Shown one piece after another: positions 1 through 12,850 of a DNA stretch of 64,000 bases. Under the pieces are notes generated by a model. The model had not been told where the DNA came from and did not search any database. It saw only the letters and a program-made list of their open reading frames with translations. Every line of letters starts with the position of its first letter. The stretch's first letter is position 1. Origin of the DNA: Octopus vulgaris (lineage: Eukaryota); NCBI GenBank assembly GCA_951406725.2, contig OX597815.1, forward strand, positions 166,408,001 to 166,472,000, written 5' to 3'. The translations under genes were made by a program, and so were the position numbers.

Positions 1-560
1 CGCTGTTGGTCTGTTTACTAAGCGGTCCAGCAAAAAGATCCGACAGAACATGTACCAGGCTTTAAAAGTACTGGGAGTCGATTGGTTCGACTAAAACCTT
101 TTAAGGCGGTGCCTCAGCATGGTCGCAGTCCAATGACTGAAGTGAGTAAAATATATAAAATAAGGAAATATATGGAATGTAGATAAGGCAATGGAATTCA
201 GAACAAATATTGTGTCCCAGTTTGCTGGACAACCACTCTTACTCTCTCAAGGCACCCTCTCTCTTTCCTTCTCTCGTTTTCTCTCTCTACCTCTCCCCCC
301 TCTCTCTCTTGTAACTTCCACTTGAGTGAATGTATGAAAACTCATGAACTCGTAGGTTTAACCATTATTAGGATCTGTTATATGTGCAGTAGAAATTACA
401 CAGCTATTTTATATATATAAATAACCAAATTAGCAGTAAGATATATTCAATGCAGGAAGTTGTTAGAAGCTAATTAGATATGATTATAATGTTAGGAAAA
501 ACAACATTAGTGAAAGACTAATATTAAATGCCATTATAATTACATCGGCATGTAAGGGAG

Positions 561-609
561 TCAATTCCGCGCTTGTTTCGATCTCTAATGACCTCATCAG
601 CAAACTGGA
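561..609 (-). ncRNA. degenerate minimal hammerhead ribozyme-like motif
   Basis: Minus strand reads CTGATGA-GGTC-attaga-GATC-GAAA-caagcg: core boxes and a 4-bp helix II are present, but there is no NUH cleavage triplet. Confidence 0.45.
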
Positions 610-1169
610 TTGCGTCTCAGGGTATTTTTGCATGGAATCTTACTCTGGTCTGGCAATGCGTCAAATATTTACACCAACCCAGACATCTTAGCTTGCTAAC
701 TTTCCTCATTCGTATTTAATTCGTCTCCAGTGGTGGTCATGACTGAACGCCTTAGATAGTATGTAGTTCACAGCTTGATCAGGGTTGAACTGAATCTAAG
801 CAAACCCATAAAGCAGAAACTCGCAAAATATTCCTGTACAGACACGTTAGCACATACATATGAATTACACACACAAACATGCTCGCACATCGCTGTTAGT
901 AGTGCAAACTTCTATTAATAAACCCCAAACCACTTAGACATTCCATTGCCAAACGGTATCTATTGTTGTGATCTACACCTCACACACACAGATTTCGAAT
1001 TTCAGAATATGAATGAGGTGAATGCTGAAGTATGAGTCTCGTATAATTTTACTTGCTGTACGTCTGTTACGTCTGCTGTACTAAACACTTGTTTATTTAA
1101 CATAGATGCTCGGGCGTGCGCGTGCGTTCACTCTTTCAATTTATCTGAAGGAGATAATGTAATATATTC

Positions 1170-1800
1170 TCCCTTCTGCTATCATAAGCACAAAGCCTGA
1201 AATTCGGCAGAGTGGTGTCTTGTCGATTATGTCGACCCAATGCTCAACTGGCACTTATTTCATCGATCCCAAGTGGATGAAGGGCAAAGTCAATCTCAGC
1301 GAAACTTGAATAATAACAATAATAATAATAATAATAGTAATTATGATAATAATAATAATGATGGTTTCAAGTTTTGCCACAAGGGCTGCAATTTTGGGAG
1401 AGGGGATGGGTCGATTGCATCGATCTCATTGTTCAACTGGTGCTTATTTTATCGACTCCGAAAGGACAAGTCGACTTCGGCAGAATTTGAACTCAGAAAG
1501 TAGCGACAGACGAAATGCCGCTAAGCATTTCGTCCAGCGCGCAAAAGATTCTGCCAGCTCACCGCCTTAATAACAACAATAATAATAATAATTCTTTCTG
1601 CTATAGGCACAAAGTCTGATATTTTGGAAGAGGGGACTAGTCGATTACATCAATTCCAGTGCTTAACTGGTATTTATTTCAATGACCTCGATAAAAGGTA
1701 AAGTCGACATTGACAGAATTTGAACTCAGAACATAAAACCGGAAGAAATGCCCATAAGCACTTTGTCTGACGCGGTAACGAATCTGTCAGCTCAGCACCT
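1170..1800 (-). mobile_element. three degraded SINE B copies in tandem (about 1170-1310, 1360-1568, 1590-1800), separated by (AAT)n
   Basis: Repeated reverse-complement core gaaaggatgaaaggcaaagtcgac...gaatttgaactcag and head ctgccagctcaccgcc. Confidence 0.85.
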
Positions 1801-1847
1801 TGACCTTTTCAAGAGAAAAATGAAAACGTTTTTGATTATAATATAAA

Positions 1848-2045
1848 GGTAGCGAGCTGGCAGAATCGTTAGCACGTTGTGGGGAAACTGCTTAGCGGTA
1901 TTTCGTCCGTCTTTACATTCTGAGTTCAAATTCTGCCGAGGTCAACTTTGCCTTTCATCCTTTCGGTGTCGATAAAATAAGTACCAGTCGACTACTGGTA
2001 CTCTTTCTTCGGAACTTGCTGGCTTTGAACCAAAATTGAAATCAG
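1848..2045 (+). mobile_element. SINE B copy
   Basis: gagctggcagaatcgttagc head, gagttcaaattc B-box, ggtcaactttgcctttcatcctttcgg core. Confidence 0.85.
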
Positions 2046-2382
2046 TTATACATATTGATGATTGTAGGTACACGGTATTTTGTTATGCAACCATAGGATG
2101 CTACAAAGTATATTAAACGTATATTAGAGTCAATACCGTGTACTACTGTGTTAACATTGCACTTTAACCCCGTTTAAAGGTCATCTCTACAGATTGTAGA
2201 GATGACCTTAACACGCAATTATACATAATATATAAGCAGAGAGTAGAGTAATAGAATCATTTCTGTCGTGGAAGAAAAGATAAGCATTTGTGGCATTTTG
2301 TTCGGAGTTCAAATCCTGCCGAGGCCAACTCTGATTTTCGTCCCTTCATGGTTAATAAAATGAAGTACTAGTCAAGTATTGG

Positions 2383-2698
2383 GTGGAGGCACAATGGCCC
2401 AGTGGTTAAGGCAGCGGACTCGCGGTCGGAAGATCGCGATTTCGATTCCCAGACCGGGTGTTGTGTGTGTTTATTGAGCGAAAACACATAAAAGCTATAC
2501 CCGAGGCTCCAGCAGGGGGTGGTGGTGACCCTTGTTGTAATCTTTCGCCACAAATTTCTCTCACTCTCTCTTCCTCTTTCTTGAGTAACGCTGCGATGGA
2601 CTGGCGTCCCGTTCAGCTGGGGTGAACACATACGCCACAGAAACCGGGAAACTGGGCCCGTGAGCCTGGCTAGGCTTGAAAAGGGCGACGGTTATCGT
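2383..2698 (+). mobile_element. tRNA(Arg)-like-head SINE C (OR1-like) nested in an older SINE B
   Basis: A/B boxes tggcccagtgg and ttcgattcc; gctgcgatggactggcgtcccg V-SINE-like tail; perfect 14-bp TSD tagtcaagtattgg at 2369-2382 and 2699-2712; SINE B sequence on both sides. Confidence 0.85.
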
Positions 2699-2995
2699 TA
2701 GTCAAGTATTGGAGTCGGTGGAGTCTACTAATCTCTCCCTCTCAATAATTACAGGCTTGTGCCGAAAATAGAAGCCGTTATTATTACATACGTGGCTATG
2801 TAGTTAAGTACATCCCTTTGTAACCTCAGGGTTTCGGGTTCAGTCCCTCTACGTGGCACCTTGGGTTTGCGTTTTCTACTATAGCTTCAAGCCGACCAAT
2901 GGCCTGTGAGTGAATATGGTGGACAGAAACTTTGTGGACGTCTGTCGCATGCCTCTGTGTGTGTGTGTACGCGTGTGACTACTTAGTCCTTTTAA

Positions 2996-3288
2996 CCCAT
3001 AAAGCGCTGGGATTTTACACTTACAAAGCATGAGCTGCTGAGCACATTTTATGAAAATGAGACTACTATGCACACATGAAAAAAAAAAAATCAAATATCT
3101 TCTTAGTATATAATGGTGGCAAGTTTTACATCATCTGAAAAGTCATTAGTTGAACTATTAGCCTTCTTGCATTCTGAGGGGGGGGGGGGCGGTATTCAGC
3201 GCTTTCGAGTGAGATTAGACCCCAACAAACGCCCATAAATTAAATGCATCTATCTGGGCCACGCTCGTGGCCCGTCGCGCTTTATCTG
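2996..3288. mobile_element. piggyBac-like MITE (degenerate)
   Basis: TTAA at 2992-2995 and 3289-3292; imperfect TIR CCCATAAAGCGC versus reverse-complement CAGATAAAGCGC. Confidence 0.55.
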
Positions 3289-3362
3289 TTAACAATCAAT
3301 GGTAGTTTGTTTACATCCTCTTAATTGAGGTTCAACGAAAGAGTCAGATAGAATGACTAATA

Positions 3363-3628
3363 TAAAATAAATAGATAAATGCGCCCTTTTAAAGCCTAGC
3401 CAGGCTCATAGGCCCGGTTTCCCTGTTTCAATGGCGTATGTGTTCCCCAGCTGGACGGGACGCCAGTCCATCGCAGCGTTACTCATTTTTGCCAGCCGAG
3501 TGAACTGGAAGCAACGTGAAATGAAGTGTTTTGCTCAAGAACACAACGCGTCGCCCGGTTCAGGAATCGAAACGACAATCTTACGATCAGGATCCTGACA
3601 CCCTAACCACTAAGCCACGCGCCTCCAC
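3363..3628 (-). mobile_element. SINE C (OK-like head, same tail as the 2383 copy)
   Basis: 14-bp TSD tagaatgactaata at 3349-3362 and 3629-3642; close match to the 51033 copy. Confidence 0.85.
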
Positions 3629-4489
3629 TAGAATGACTAATAAGATATTTTTAAAAATGATAATAATAAATGAAACGGTGATGAGCTGGCAGAATCTCAT
3701 TGAAGTGTCGAAATAAGCGCTTTGCTATATTTCTTTCGACTCTTTACGTTGTGAGATCAAACCCGGGTGATTTCGGTATGGCCTTTCTTTCCATCGGGGC
3801 CATTTAAAATAAAGTGCCACTCAAGTACAGTGTTTGATGTAATTCGCTAAGCCCTCTTACTCAAAACTTCTGGCTTTTTGTCTTAATTAGGAGCAAATAT
3901 TTACATGCATGGAAACACAAAGTAAATCACCAGGGTCTACTTTACCTTTTACTTCCTTCCCCGCCGTCTTTCCGGGCTACTTAAGAGTTGGTTATGTCAA
4001 TAGCCAGTGCTAGACTGGTACTAATCGCCATTTGTCTCCCCTACAAATTGTAGCCGTTTGTGTATATCAAAAGTTATTACAGTATAAAGTGCCGCTTTTC
4101 GTCCGTCTGCACGATCTGAGTTCGAATTCCACCGAGGTCGAATTTAGCTTTTATCCTTTCGGGATCGATAAAGTAAGTACCAGTGAAACATTGGGGTCGG
4201 GGTCGATGTCGATGTAAACGAGTAGTCCCCTCCCCCAAAATTTTTGCCCTTGTGCCTTTAGTAGAAAGGATTGTTACAAGTGTAAAGTACAGTAAATTCC
4301 ATGACTATGAGCCCTATTCCTATTTCCAAATCAGTAAGTCAGAATAACGGAAGAAAAAAAAAAAATATATTCATGTGTTTGCATAACTGTTCTTTATTTC
4401 GTTCTTTCTTTCGTTCGTTCGTTCGTTGAAAAAAATATCACATGCACGTGTGTACCTAACTTTCTTTCATTCTTTCTCTCTCTCTTTTT

Positions 4490-4709
4490 TACTCTTTTAC
4501 TTGTATCAGTCATTTGACTGCGGCCATGCTGGAGCACCGCCTTTAATCGAGCAGCTCGACCCCGGGACTTATTCTTTTGTAAGCCCAGTACTTATTCTAT
4601 CGGTCTCTTTTGCCGAACCTCTAAGTAACGGGGACATAAACACACCAGCATCGGTTGTCAAGCGATGTTGGGGGAGACAAACACAGACACACAAACACAC
4701 ACACACACG

Positions 4710-4764
<55 letters not shown>

Positions 4765-4925
4765 GACAGGCTTCTTTCAGTTTCCGTCTACCAAATCCAC
4801 TAACAAGGCTTTGGTCGGCCCGGGGCTATAGCAGAAGACACTTGCCCAAGGTGCCACGCAGTGGGACTGAACCCAGAACCATGTGGCTGGTAAGCAAGCT
4901 AGTTACCACACAGCCACTCGTGCGC
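4490..4925 (-). mobile_element. SINE A, full length, internal (CA)n(TA)n
   Basis: Reverse complement of the family seen at 24340 and 44489 (gtggctgtgtggtaa...gggttcagtccca...ccagcatggccgcagtcaaatgactg). Confidence 0.9.
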
Positions 4926-5687
4926 CTCTCTTTTTTTTTTTTTTTTTTTTTTTTCAACGACAACTGGAAAAAGCGAACATGTTTCGATTCCAGATTGTAA
5001 CTATTTTAGTTTTCTCGTGTCCCCCAAATTTCTCTCCCTGTAAGTCACGAAAGTCTCATATAAATCTTAGTTACTGTTGTCATGAAGTCGATAACGGGTG
5101 CGGACACGATGCGGTGATTCGTGGTAAGCAAGCAAGATGAGCGACTGCATACAGATTTCCACGCTCATTAGCAATTGTACTATTCATAATTGAAGTGCCA
5201 TTAACCACAAACCGAATACTGAGCAGATTGGCAGGACACAGCCAACGCCTGGTTGTGCAGTAGTACACTCATGACTCAGCTCATCCACGTCTATGCGCAC
5301 GCACGTGCGTGCTTGTATACACATGTATGTGTGTATACACACAAACACACGCATATATGAATATAGTATGTATGTATGCAGTTTGTATGTATGTATATAT
5401 ATATATGCGCGTATAAATATATATATATTGTGTGTGTGTGTGTCTTAGTCACTAGAAGTAAATCGACCCTAGTATTTCTCTAAGCCTGGCACTGCTTTTT
5501 ATCGGTGTGTTTTTGGTGAACCGCTAAGTTAATTGGACGCAAACGCACCAACACCGGTTATCAATTGGATGGTAACACACATATTCCCTTACTTGTTTCA
5601 TCAGCGACTGAACTCGGAACCATGTGATTGGGAAGCCTAATTCTTACCACACAGCCACGCCTGTGATAGATATATATATATATATTT

Positions 5688-5946
5688 ATGTGCCCTTTTC
5701 AAGCCTAGCCAGGCTCATGGGCCCGGTTTCTATGGCGTATGTGGGACGCTAGTCCATCACAGAAAGAGGGAGAGAAAGTTGGGGCGAAAGAGTATAACAG
5801 GGGTCGCCACCACCCCCTGCCGGAGCCTCGTGAAGCTTTTAGATGTCTTCGCTCAATAAACACACACAATGCCTGGTCTGGGAATCGAAACCGCGATCCT
5901 CCGACCGCGAGTCCGCTACCCTAACCACTGGGCCATTGTGCCTCCA
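5688..5946 (-). mobile_element. SINE C (OR1-like), internally deleted
   Basis: Reverse-complement head gtggaggcacaatggcccagtggttagg and tail gagcctggctaggcttgaaaagggc. Confidence 0.8.
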
Positions 5947-6500
5947 CACACACACACACACACACACACATTGTATATATATATATATATATGCGCATGC
6001 GCACGACAGGCTTCTTTTAGTTTAAGTCTACCTAATCTACTCGCAAATCTTTGGTCGGCACAGAGGTATAGTAGAGGGCACTTGCCCATGAGGGGTTGCT
6101 ACCCAATTGCCGGCTTAAAGTTAATATTTCCGCTTTTCCAGCAAACTCTTCGCACTCCAGCGGATCTGTTAACGTATTCGTTATTTTGTTCACTTGGTGG
6201 GTATTATTTGCGGGTGTGCATAATAAATAAACTGTTAACTGGAATGTTACATGGATGGAAAAAAAAAAAAATCTCGTGGACACATTCCCTCTCCCTCTCA
6301 CACACACACACTTTCTCTCTTTTTCATTTTATTTTCCAGCGTGTGAGAATGCTACGTACATTTGATAATAACTATAATAACAACACTGAACGTTGTGATT
6401 GATCACGAGTCCGTAGAAAGGTGTTCGTAAGATTTTTAATGTTTAGTGATAACAGTCGTGTCTTTATTTCATTGAAATTTCATAACCGTCAACTAAGTTA

Positions 6501-6556
<56 letters not shown>

Positions 6557-6692
6557 CGTTTTGGTTGTTTTGCTAAATTTTCCTCGAGAACATTTCTTAG
6601 TGGTAAGATCATAGCGGATCTATTTCTAGTATAAGGGTGTTCACATAGTGGTTTCCCTCTAATATGTGTGTGTGTGTGTGTGTGTGTGTATA

Positions 6693-7074
6693 TCTCTCTC
6701 TATATAAACGGCAGTTTGTCTGTGCGTGTTTCTGTGTGTCTGTTTTCTCGTACCCTCACTCTGACCACGGCTTTCAACCGATTCTGATGAAACTTGACAC
6801 ACACATAGCCCAATGTCATAATTCAAAACTAACGCAGCGAAAATTTTGAAAAGTTCCCCCAGTTCTGAAAAAATCGATAAATTCGACATGGGGTCGAGAA
6901 TCAGAAACACAAACCACAGACCGTCTAGGGGACGCAACTCCACCTTTTTTAACTCTCAAAAAATTTACCATCATTTTTTTCCCATTTTTTTGCTATTTTT
7001 TGGCTATAACTCTCTAAAAATGCTTTATAGTTATTTCCCTTACAAACCTGAGCAACGCCGGGCGATACTGCTAG
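6693..7074 (+). mobile_element. non-autonomous Helitron (about 380 bp)
   Basis: A|TC 5' end, subterminal GC hairpin cctgagc-aac-gccggg (7047-7062), 3' CTAG|T (7071-7075), no TSD; inserted in (TG)n(TA)n. Confidence 0.75.
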
Positions 7075-7117
<43 letters not shown>

Positions 7118-7144
7118 TACATTATATTGTATCATATTATATTA

Positions 7145-7347
7145 TCGTTTACTTGTTTCAGTCATTACACTGCGGCCTTGCTGGGGCACCGCCTTGAAAT
7201 TTTGGTTGAATGAATCGACCCCATTACTAATTTTTTTTAAAGTCTAGCACTTAATCTATCGATCTCTTTTTTGCCGAACTGCTTAGTTACGAGGACGTAA
7301 ACACCCTGTCACCGATTGTCAAACAGTGGGGGCCAAACTGATGTAAA

Positions 7348-7383
<36 letters not shown>

Positions 7384-7625
7384 TTTGTACATTCCTTTTC
7401 TACTCTAGGCACAAGGCCTGAAACTTTTGGGGAGGGTGTCAGTCGATTAGATCAACTTCAGTACGCAACTGGTACTTAATTTATCGACCCCGAAAGGAAA
7501 TCTATTCACAAGGCTTTGGTCGGCCCGGGGCTGTATTAGAAGACACTTATTCAATGTGCCGCGCTGTTGCACTGAATCCAGATCCATACGGTTGAGTAAG
7601 CTTCGTGCCACACAGCCACGCCTAT
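7145..7625 (-). mobile_element. SINE A interrupted by a SINE B 3' fragment (about 7390-7497)
   Basis: SINE A halves flank ttctactctaggcacaaggcc...atcgaccccgaaagg. Confidence 0.75.
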
Positions 7626-8100
7626 ATATATCATATGCATGTACTGTGTGTGTTCGGATTGTGCTGGAATGTTAAAGTTGGTGCTCATTTCATGAAGGTT
7701 AATTTTTACAGTTACTGCAAGGATGTATCGATATTTTAAATTTTATTTCATATTTGTAGTACAAAGTAAATACATACATACGCTCACTCTTTCTTTCTCT
7801 CTTTTCCTTTTACTACTAGTTCTCTCGACCTCGGTATCATAAAAAAAAAAAAAATTGACTCCAGCGTAGTTTGAACTCGGATTTGACAAACAGTTAACAA
7901 ACAACTTTGATTATACATAGCTGATTAAACATGTATGTCGTGGTTCGGCGAAGCGGGGTGAATTACCCCAAGTGGGATAAAAATGAAATTCTTGAAGGTA
8001 ATGAGGACTCATGAGACTTTTTTTATTTACTTTATCTAGTTTCAGCTCATGAGCTGTGGCACCGCCATTAATATATGTTTGCAATATAAAGTTAAGTTGC

Positions 8101-8172
8101 CTTCCCGGCGGGGAATCGAACCCCGGTCTCCCGCGTGACAGGCGGGGATTCTTACCACTCTACTACCGAGGG
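8101..8172 (-). tRNA. tRNA-Asp: tRNA-Asp(GTC), probably a pseudogene
   Basis: Minus strand CCCTCGGTAGTAGAGTGGTAAGAATCCCCGCCTGTCACGCGGGAGACCGGGGTTCGATTCCCCGCCGGGAAG (72 nt). Anticodon and T arms are intact; there are two C:A mismatches at the acceptor-stem end and two D-stem mismatches. Confidence 0.88.
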
Positions 8173-9547
8173 CAGCTATGTAAAATTACATTAAACAAAT
8201 GTAAAATTATATTTTAAAAAAATGTGTTCCTTGCTACAACAAAATTTTCTTCTGGCAACACTGCATCTGTCCAATATAATTAATAGACGTGTAAATAAAT
8301 TCATATAAATAGATTCAATAAGCTTTTTGAATTCGAAGAATTTGATTTTCTTCCTTTCTAATCAAGTGGGTAACGTCGGCATAAATAAATTTTGGAGTAA
8401 TTGGTTAAAAAAAGTTCCCCGACCCCTGATCTACGTTAATACTTTGCTTGCCTGGTCCACGCGTAATTGTCATCTACAAATATCATCACGTCAACATTTT
8501 AAATAATTCTTTGTACTGAAGGCAAAAGGCTTGAAAAAAAAATGTATAGCAAAGTCGAGCTCGGCGGAAAATTAAACTCAGAACATGAAGACAGATGATA
8601 TGTCACTAAGCATTTTTTTTTTTGTTCCCGTGTGCCAATAATTCTGTCATTTCGCCGCTTTATAACATTTTATATGTGGACTGTTTTCATTATTAAATAA
8701 TATAATCCCAGATACCTTTTAAAACGTAGGGATGGCCTCGACTGGATTGCCTTTGATCATTGATTATTAATTAACCTTGCTCGATGCGGGTTGACTTAAA
8801 GACTCAGCAACAACAACAACACACACACACACGTATATACATATGCAAACATTTCGTGGAAAAAAAAAATCTACGATCATGTGATGTATATAGTATGTGT
8901 GTACTATATCTGTGTGTGAATGAATGTCTTTTAATTAACATAAACCTTTCCCGTTCGTTCATTCATTCGTTCTTTCTATCTCTCCTTCCCCCACTTATAA
9001 ATTGAGGCACACACACACACACACATTAGCTGGATATATAACAACGACATCTGCTGGAAAGTATTGAAATTAGGTTAGCTACGTTATTTTTTTTTCCTTC
9101 ATTTTGTTTTGTTCTTTTTAACTAAGTTGACCCTTATGAACCTATCCAGATCATGAGGATGCCCCTCCTTTTTCTCCCTACATTTCTCACAACATATTCC
9201 CAAGAACGTGAGCTATAAAGAACGAGGAAGGTGGGGGGGGGAGTAAACTCTTCCCTTTATTCCCTAATTTTTTCTTACTCTCGAAAACTTTTCCCTACCT
9301 TCTTGCTCTTTCTTTCTCTCTCTCTCTCAAAATCTCTTTAACACGCCCACTATTTCTTTCTCTGTTCCACTTTATTTGTCGCTCTCTCTTTCTCTCTCCC
9401 TCCCTCGCTCACGTAGGCACATGTTCCCCCTCTCTTTTTCTCTCACTACTGCAGTAATTTCTGTTATTTATAGAAATTTGACACTACTGTCTTAATTGTT
9501 ACTTTTATTTTGTAAAAAATTAATGATTATTTATTTATTATTACTAA

Positions 9548-9985
9548 AGTGGTGAGCTGGCGGAATAGTTAGCGCATCGGACAAAAAAACATAGCAGGCA
9601 TTTCTTTCGATTCATCACGTCCCAAGTTCAAATCCCGCCGAGGTCAATTTTGTCTTTCGCCCTTTCCAGATCGATGAAATAAGTACCAGTTGACCAACGA
9701 GGTTTATGTAAACGCCCCCCCCCCTTATCCTATCCTTATTCTAAAATTAGAAAAATTATCAAGGCAGCAAGCTGGAAAAATCATTAACCCGCCGGACAAA
9801 ATATACTTAGTGGCATTTTGTCTGTCTTAACGTTTTGAGTTCAAATTCCGCCGAAGTCGACTTTCATCTTTTATCTTTTCGGGATCAATAAAATGAGTTC
9901 CAGTCCAGCACTGGGGTCGATGTAATCGATTTGTCCCCTCCTCCAAAATTTCGGACCTTGTACCTAGAGTAGGAAGGATAATTAA
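9548..9985 (+). mobile_element. two tandem degraded SINE B copies
   Basis: Two gagctgg heads and two gtcgactt...cctttc cores. Confidence 0.75.
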
Positions 9986-10464
9986 GATATAATACTTCGG
10001 TTTCGGTATTAGTAGATGACATCATTCACCAACTCAACCTTCCTTCGTGACAAACCAATACCGAAGGATCACCGATAGTATTTAAAAAAATTTTTTTTTT
10101 ACTCCTGAATTTCTTAAGACGAAGAAGGATTACTCTACATTAGTGTAATCGTAATTATAACTGTGTTCGATAGTTTTCGGTTTTGTTAGTAAATGTGAGA
10201 AAGTAATATTATATTTGTCAGTGTCTCTGGCACTGACAAACATACACTCACTCTCTCTCTCTCTCTCTCGAGCACAGGAGTCGGAGTCGATGCATTCGAC
10301 TTGACTCCTACCCTGAACTTGCCGGTCTTGTGCCAAAATTTGAAGCCAATATATATACTTATATACTTCAGAACAAAGCGTCAGTCGAGTACAGAGGTAG
10401 AAAGAAATTAGAGTGACAAAGGAACAAGCAATCATTATTGTTTATTCCTCGGTCGTTCTAATTG

Positions 10465-10700
10465 TGTAGGTGTGTGGTTCAGTGGTTAGAGTGTTGGACT
10501 CATGATCGCAAGATTGTGGTTTCGGACCGGGCGACGCGTTGTGTTCTTCAGCAAAACACTTCATTTCACGTTGCTCCAGTCCACTCTGTTGGCAAACATG
10601 AGTAACCCTGCGACGGACCAGCATCTGGTCTAGGCGAGATATTTTATATACTGTGGAAACCAGGAGAACGACGTCATGAGTCGGCATGACTACAGAAGGT
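10465..10700 (+). mobile_element. degraded SINE C (OK-like)
   Basis: gtggttcagtggttagagtgttggactcatgatcg head and accctgcgacggacc tail. Confidence 0.7.
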
Positions 10701-11219
10701 GACCCCCCACTATTTAACCTTTAAAACTGACGTCATTCTTCCAGTTTCTGAAACACACACATACACACAATTTCGTATTACAAGAGTCGATCTGTACGAT
10801 TAAATGAATTTTTTAAATTTCAGGCTATTATTGGATGATGCTTCATGATTTGTTTTCTGAACTTAAATTTTCACTGCTCGTCGCTCGTTCTCATATTTTA
10901 GTACATAGAAGCACTGCTGGGATATTTTGGCTCTTCAATTCGGTTCGAGTAGGAGTACGTGGCGTAGTGGTTAAGGCGTTGCTCTCACGGTCGTAAGATC
11001 TTGGTTTTGAATCTCGAACCGTGGTTTCAAGCTGCCCCAGTTCTCTCAGCTGTAGACGAATTCCTGTAATAGCTGGACAGTTAGCCCTGCGACGGACCGA
11101 TGTCCTGTTCAAAGGGCAGTGCTGTTATCTCAGATAACCTGATCTAAACCTCAGTCTTATGTGTCCTAGGGCTCATAACAGATCTAAGTCTAAATCATTT
11201 TGGTTGATATTCACTATAA

Positions 11220-11620
11220 GCGCAGACGTGGGTGTGTGGGTAAGAAGCTTGCTTCCCAACCACTTGGCTCCGGGTTCAGTCACATTATGTGGCACCTTGG
11301 GTAAGCGTCTTCTACTATGGCCTCGGGCCGACCAAAGCCTTGTGAGTGGATTTGGTAGACGGAAACTGGAAGAAGCTCGTCATATATATATATATATATA
11401 TATGTATATTATGTATGTATGCGTTCTTCTGTCTGTGTTTGTCCCCCTGCACCACCGCTCGACAACCGGTGTTTGCATCCCAGTAACGTGGCGGTTCGGC
11501 AAAAGAGACCGATAGAATAAGTACCAGGCTTAAAAAATAAGTACTGGGGTAGATTCGTTCGACTAAAAGTTCAAGGCAGGTGCCCCAGCATGGCCGCACT
11601 CTAATGACAAGCGAAAAATA
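11220..11620 (+). mobile_element. SINE A
   Basis: Family motifs throughout, internal (TA)n. Confidence 0.85.
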
Positions 11621-12142
11621 AGATATGCTTCATTATACTTCCCTCGATTTCTATATAAATGATTATTCGGAGATTTTATATAACCAAAGCCTGTTCATTG
11701 CTGTCACCAGTTTAAAGATTCTAAAGACGAGATCCACTTCAGTTTGCCTCGTTTATATTGAAATACTTTGATCATCTGATTTTATTAGAATTATCTCCCT
11801 TTTTTGTATTTAGATTTTAAATCCTGCCTGGTTGATATTTTGTCTACCAGTTAGATATTTGAATAACCTAAGTCGATAGCTTTTCAGCGCAGAATATTCT
11901 ATATGAGACCCTACTCTATTTCTCCTACTTTACTGTGCAGTACTCCTAACTAAGGTATTTTCCCCTCAGCCATTTTGTGGAAAGTAGATTATAATCTGTC
12001 TGTCCGTCCGTCTGTCCCTCTCACTTACTCCCTCTCACTATCTCTTACTCCCTATCTCTTACCCCCTATCTCTTTTTCTCCCTCTCTCTTTATCTCTTTC
12101 TCTCTTTCACCTTTATTCCTTCTCGAACACCTCCACCGTCCC

Positions 12143-12239
12143 AACACACACACACACACACATAAATACATACACCATACACACATACACATACATACAC
12201 ATACACATACATACACATACACACACATACACACACATA

Positions 12240-12286
<47 letters not shown>

Positions 12287-12592
12287 ACACACATACACAC
12301 ACACATACACACACACATACACACACACATACACACACACACATACACACACACATACACACACACATACACACACACATACACACACACACACACACAC
12401 ACATACACACACATACACATACACATACACACACATATACACACACATATACACACACATATACACACACATACACACACATACACACATAACACACATA
12501 CACACATACATACACAAACATACATACACACATACATACATACACACACACATACACTCACATACATACACACACACATACATACATACATA
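12143..12592. repeat. compound (CA)n/(CATA)n microsatellite, about 450 bp
   Basis: Direct reading. Confidence 0.95.
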
Positions 12593-12850
12593 GCTAGTGA
12601 GTCAGCGACTTAAGAATTTAGGTCTCACATCATTAAAGGGTGGGTGGGATAATGATTTATGAATTTGTTCTATTTCATAAGTGGAGTGTTTATACGAAAG
12701 TAACTCCCCTCGTAACTAAACTCTGCGTCAGTGAAGTCTTAATGAATTGTGGAGCAAAGAATATTTTAATCTGAAGATATATATTTGGGTTGTCAGATAA
12801 ATTCATTCGCCTTTTTTTTTTCCATTAATTCTAATCCTTTCTAATGGTAT

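Noticed and set aside
4665-5000. Recurrent peptides ASFSFRLPNPLTRLWSARGYSRRHLPK and [16 protein letters not shown] that look like a gene family
   Set aside because: They are translations of SINE A and SINE B, not proteins.
10519-10552. Minus-strand CTGAAGA...GAAA
   Set aside because: It arises from a point change inside a SINE C copy and has no helix II.
11975-12613. Long ORFs such as 212 aa here, 282 aa at 51861-52709 and 255 aa at 61320-62087
   Set aside because: They are translations of (CA)/(TA)/(TG) microsatellites (HT, YI, VC repeats) that simply lack stop codons.
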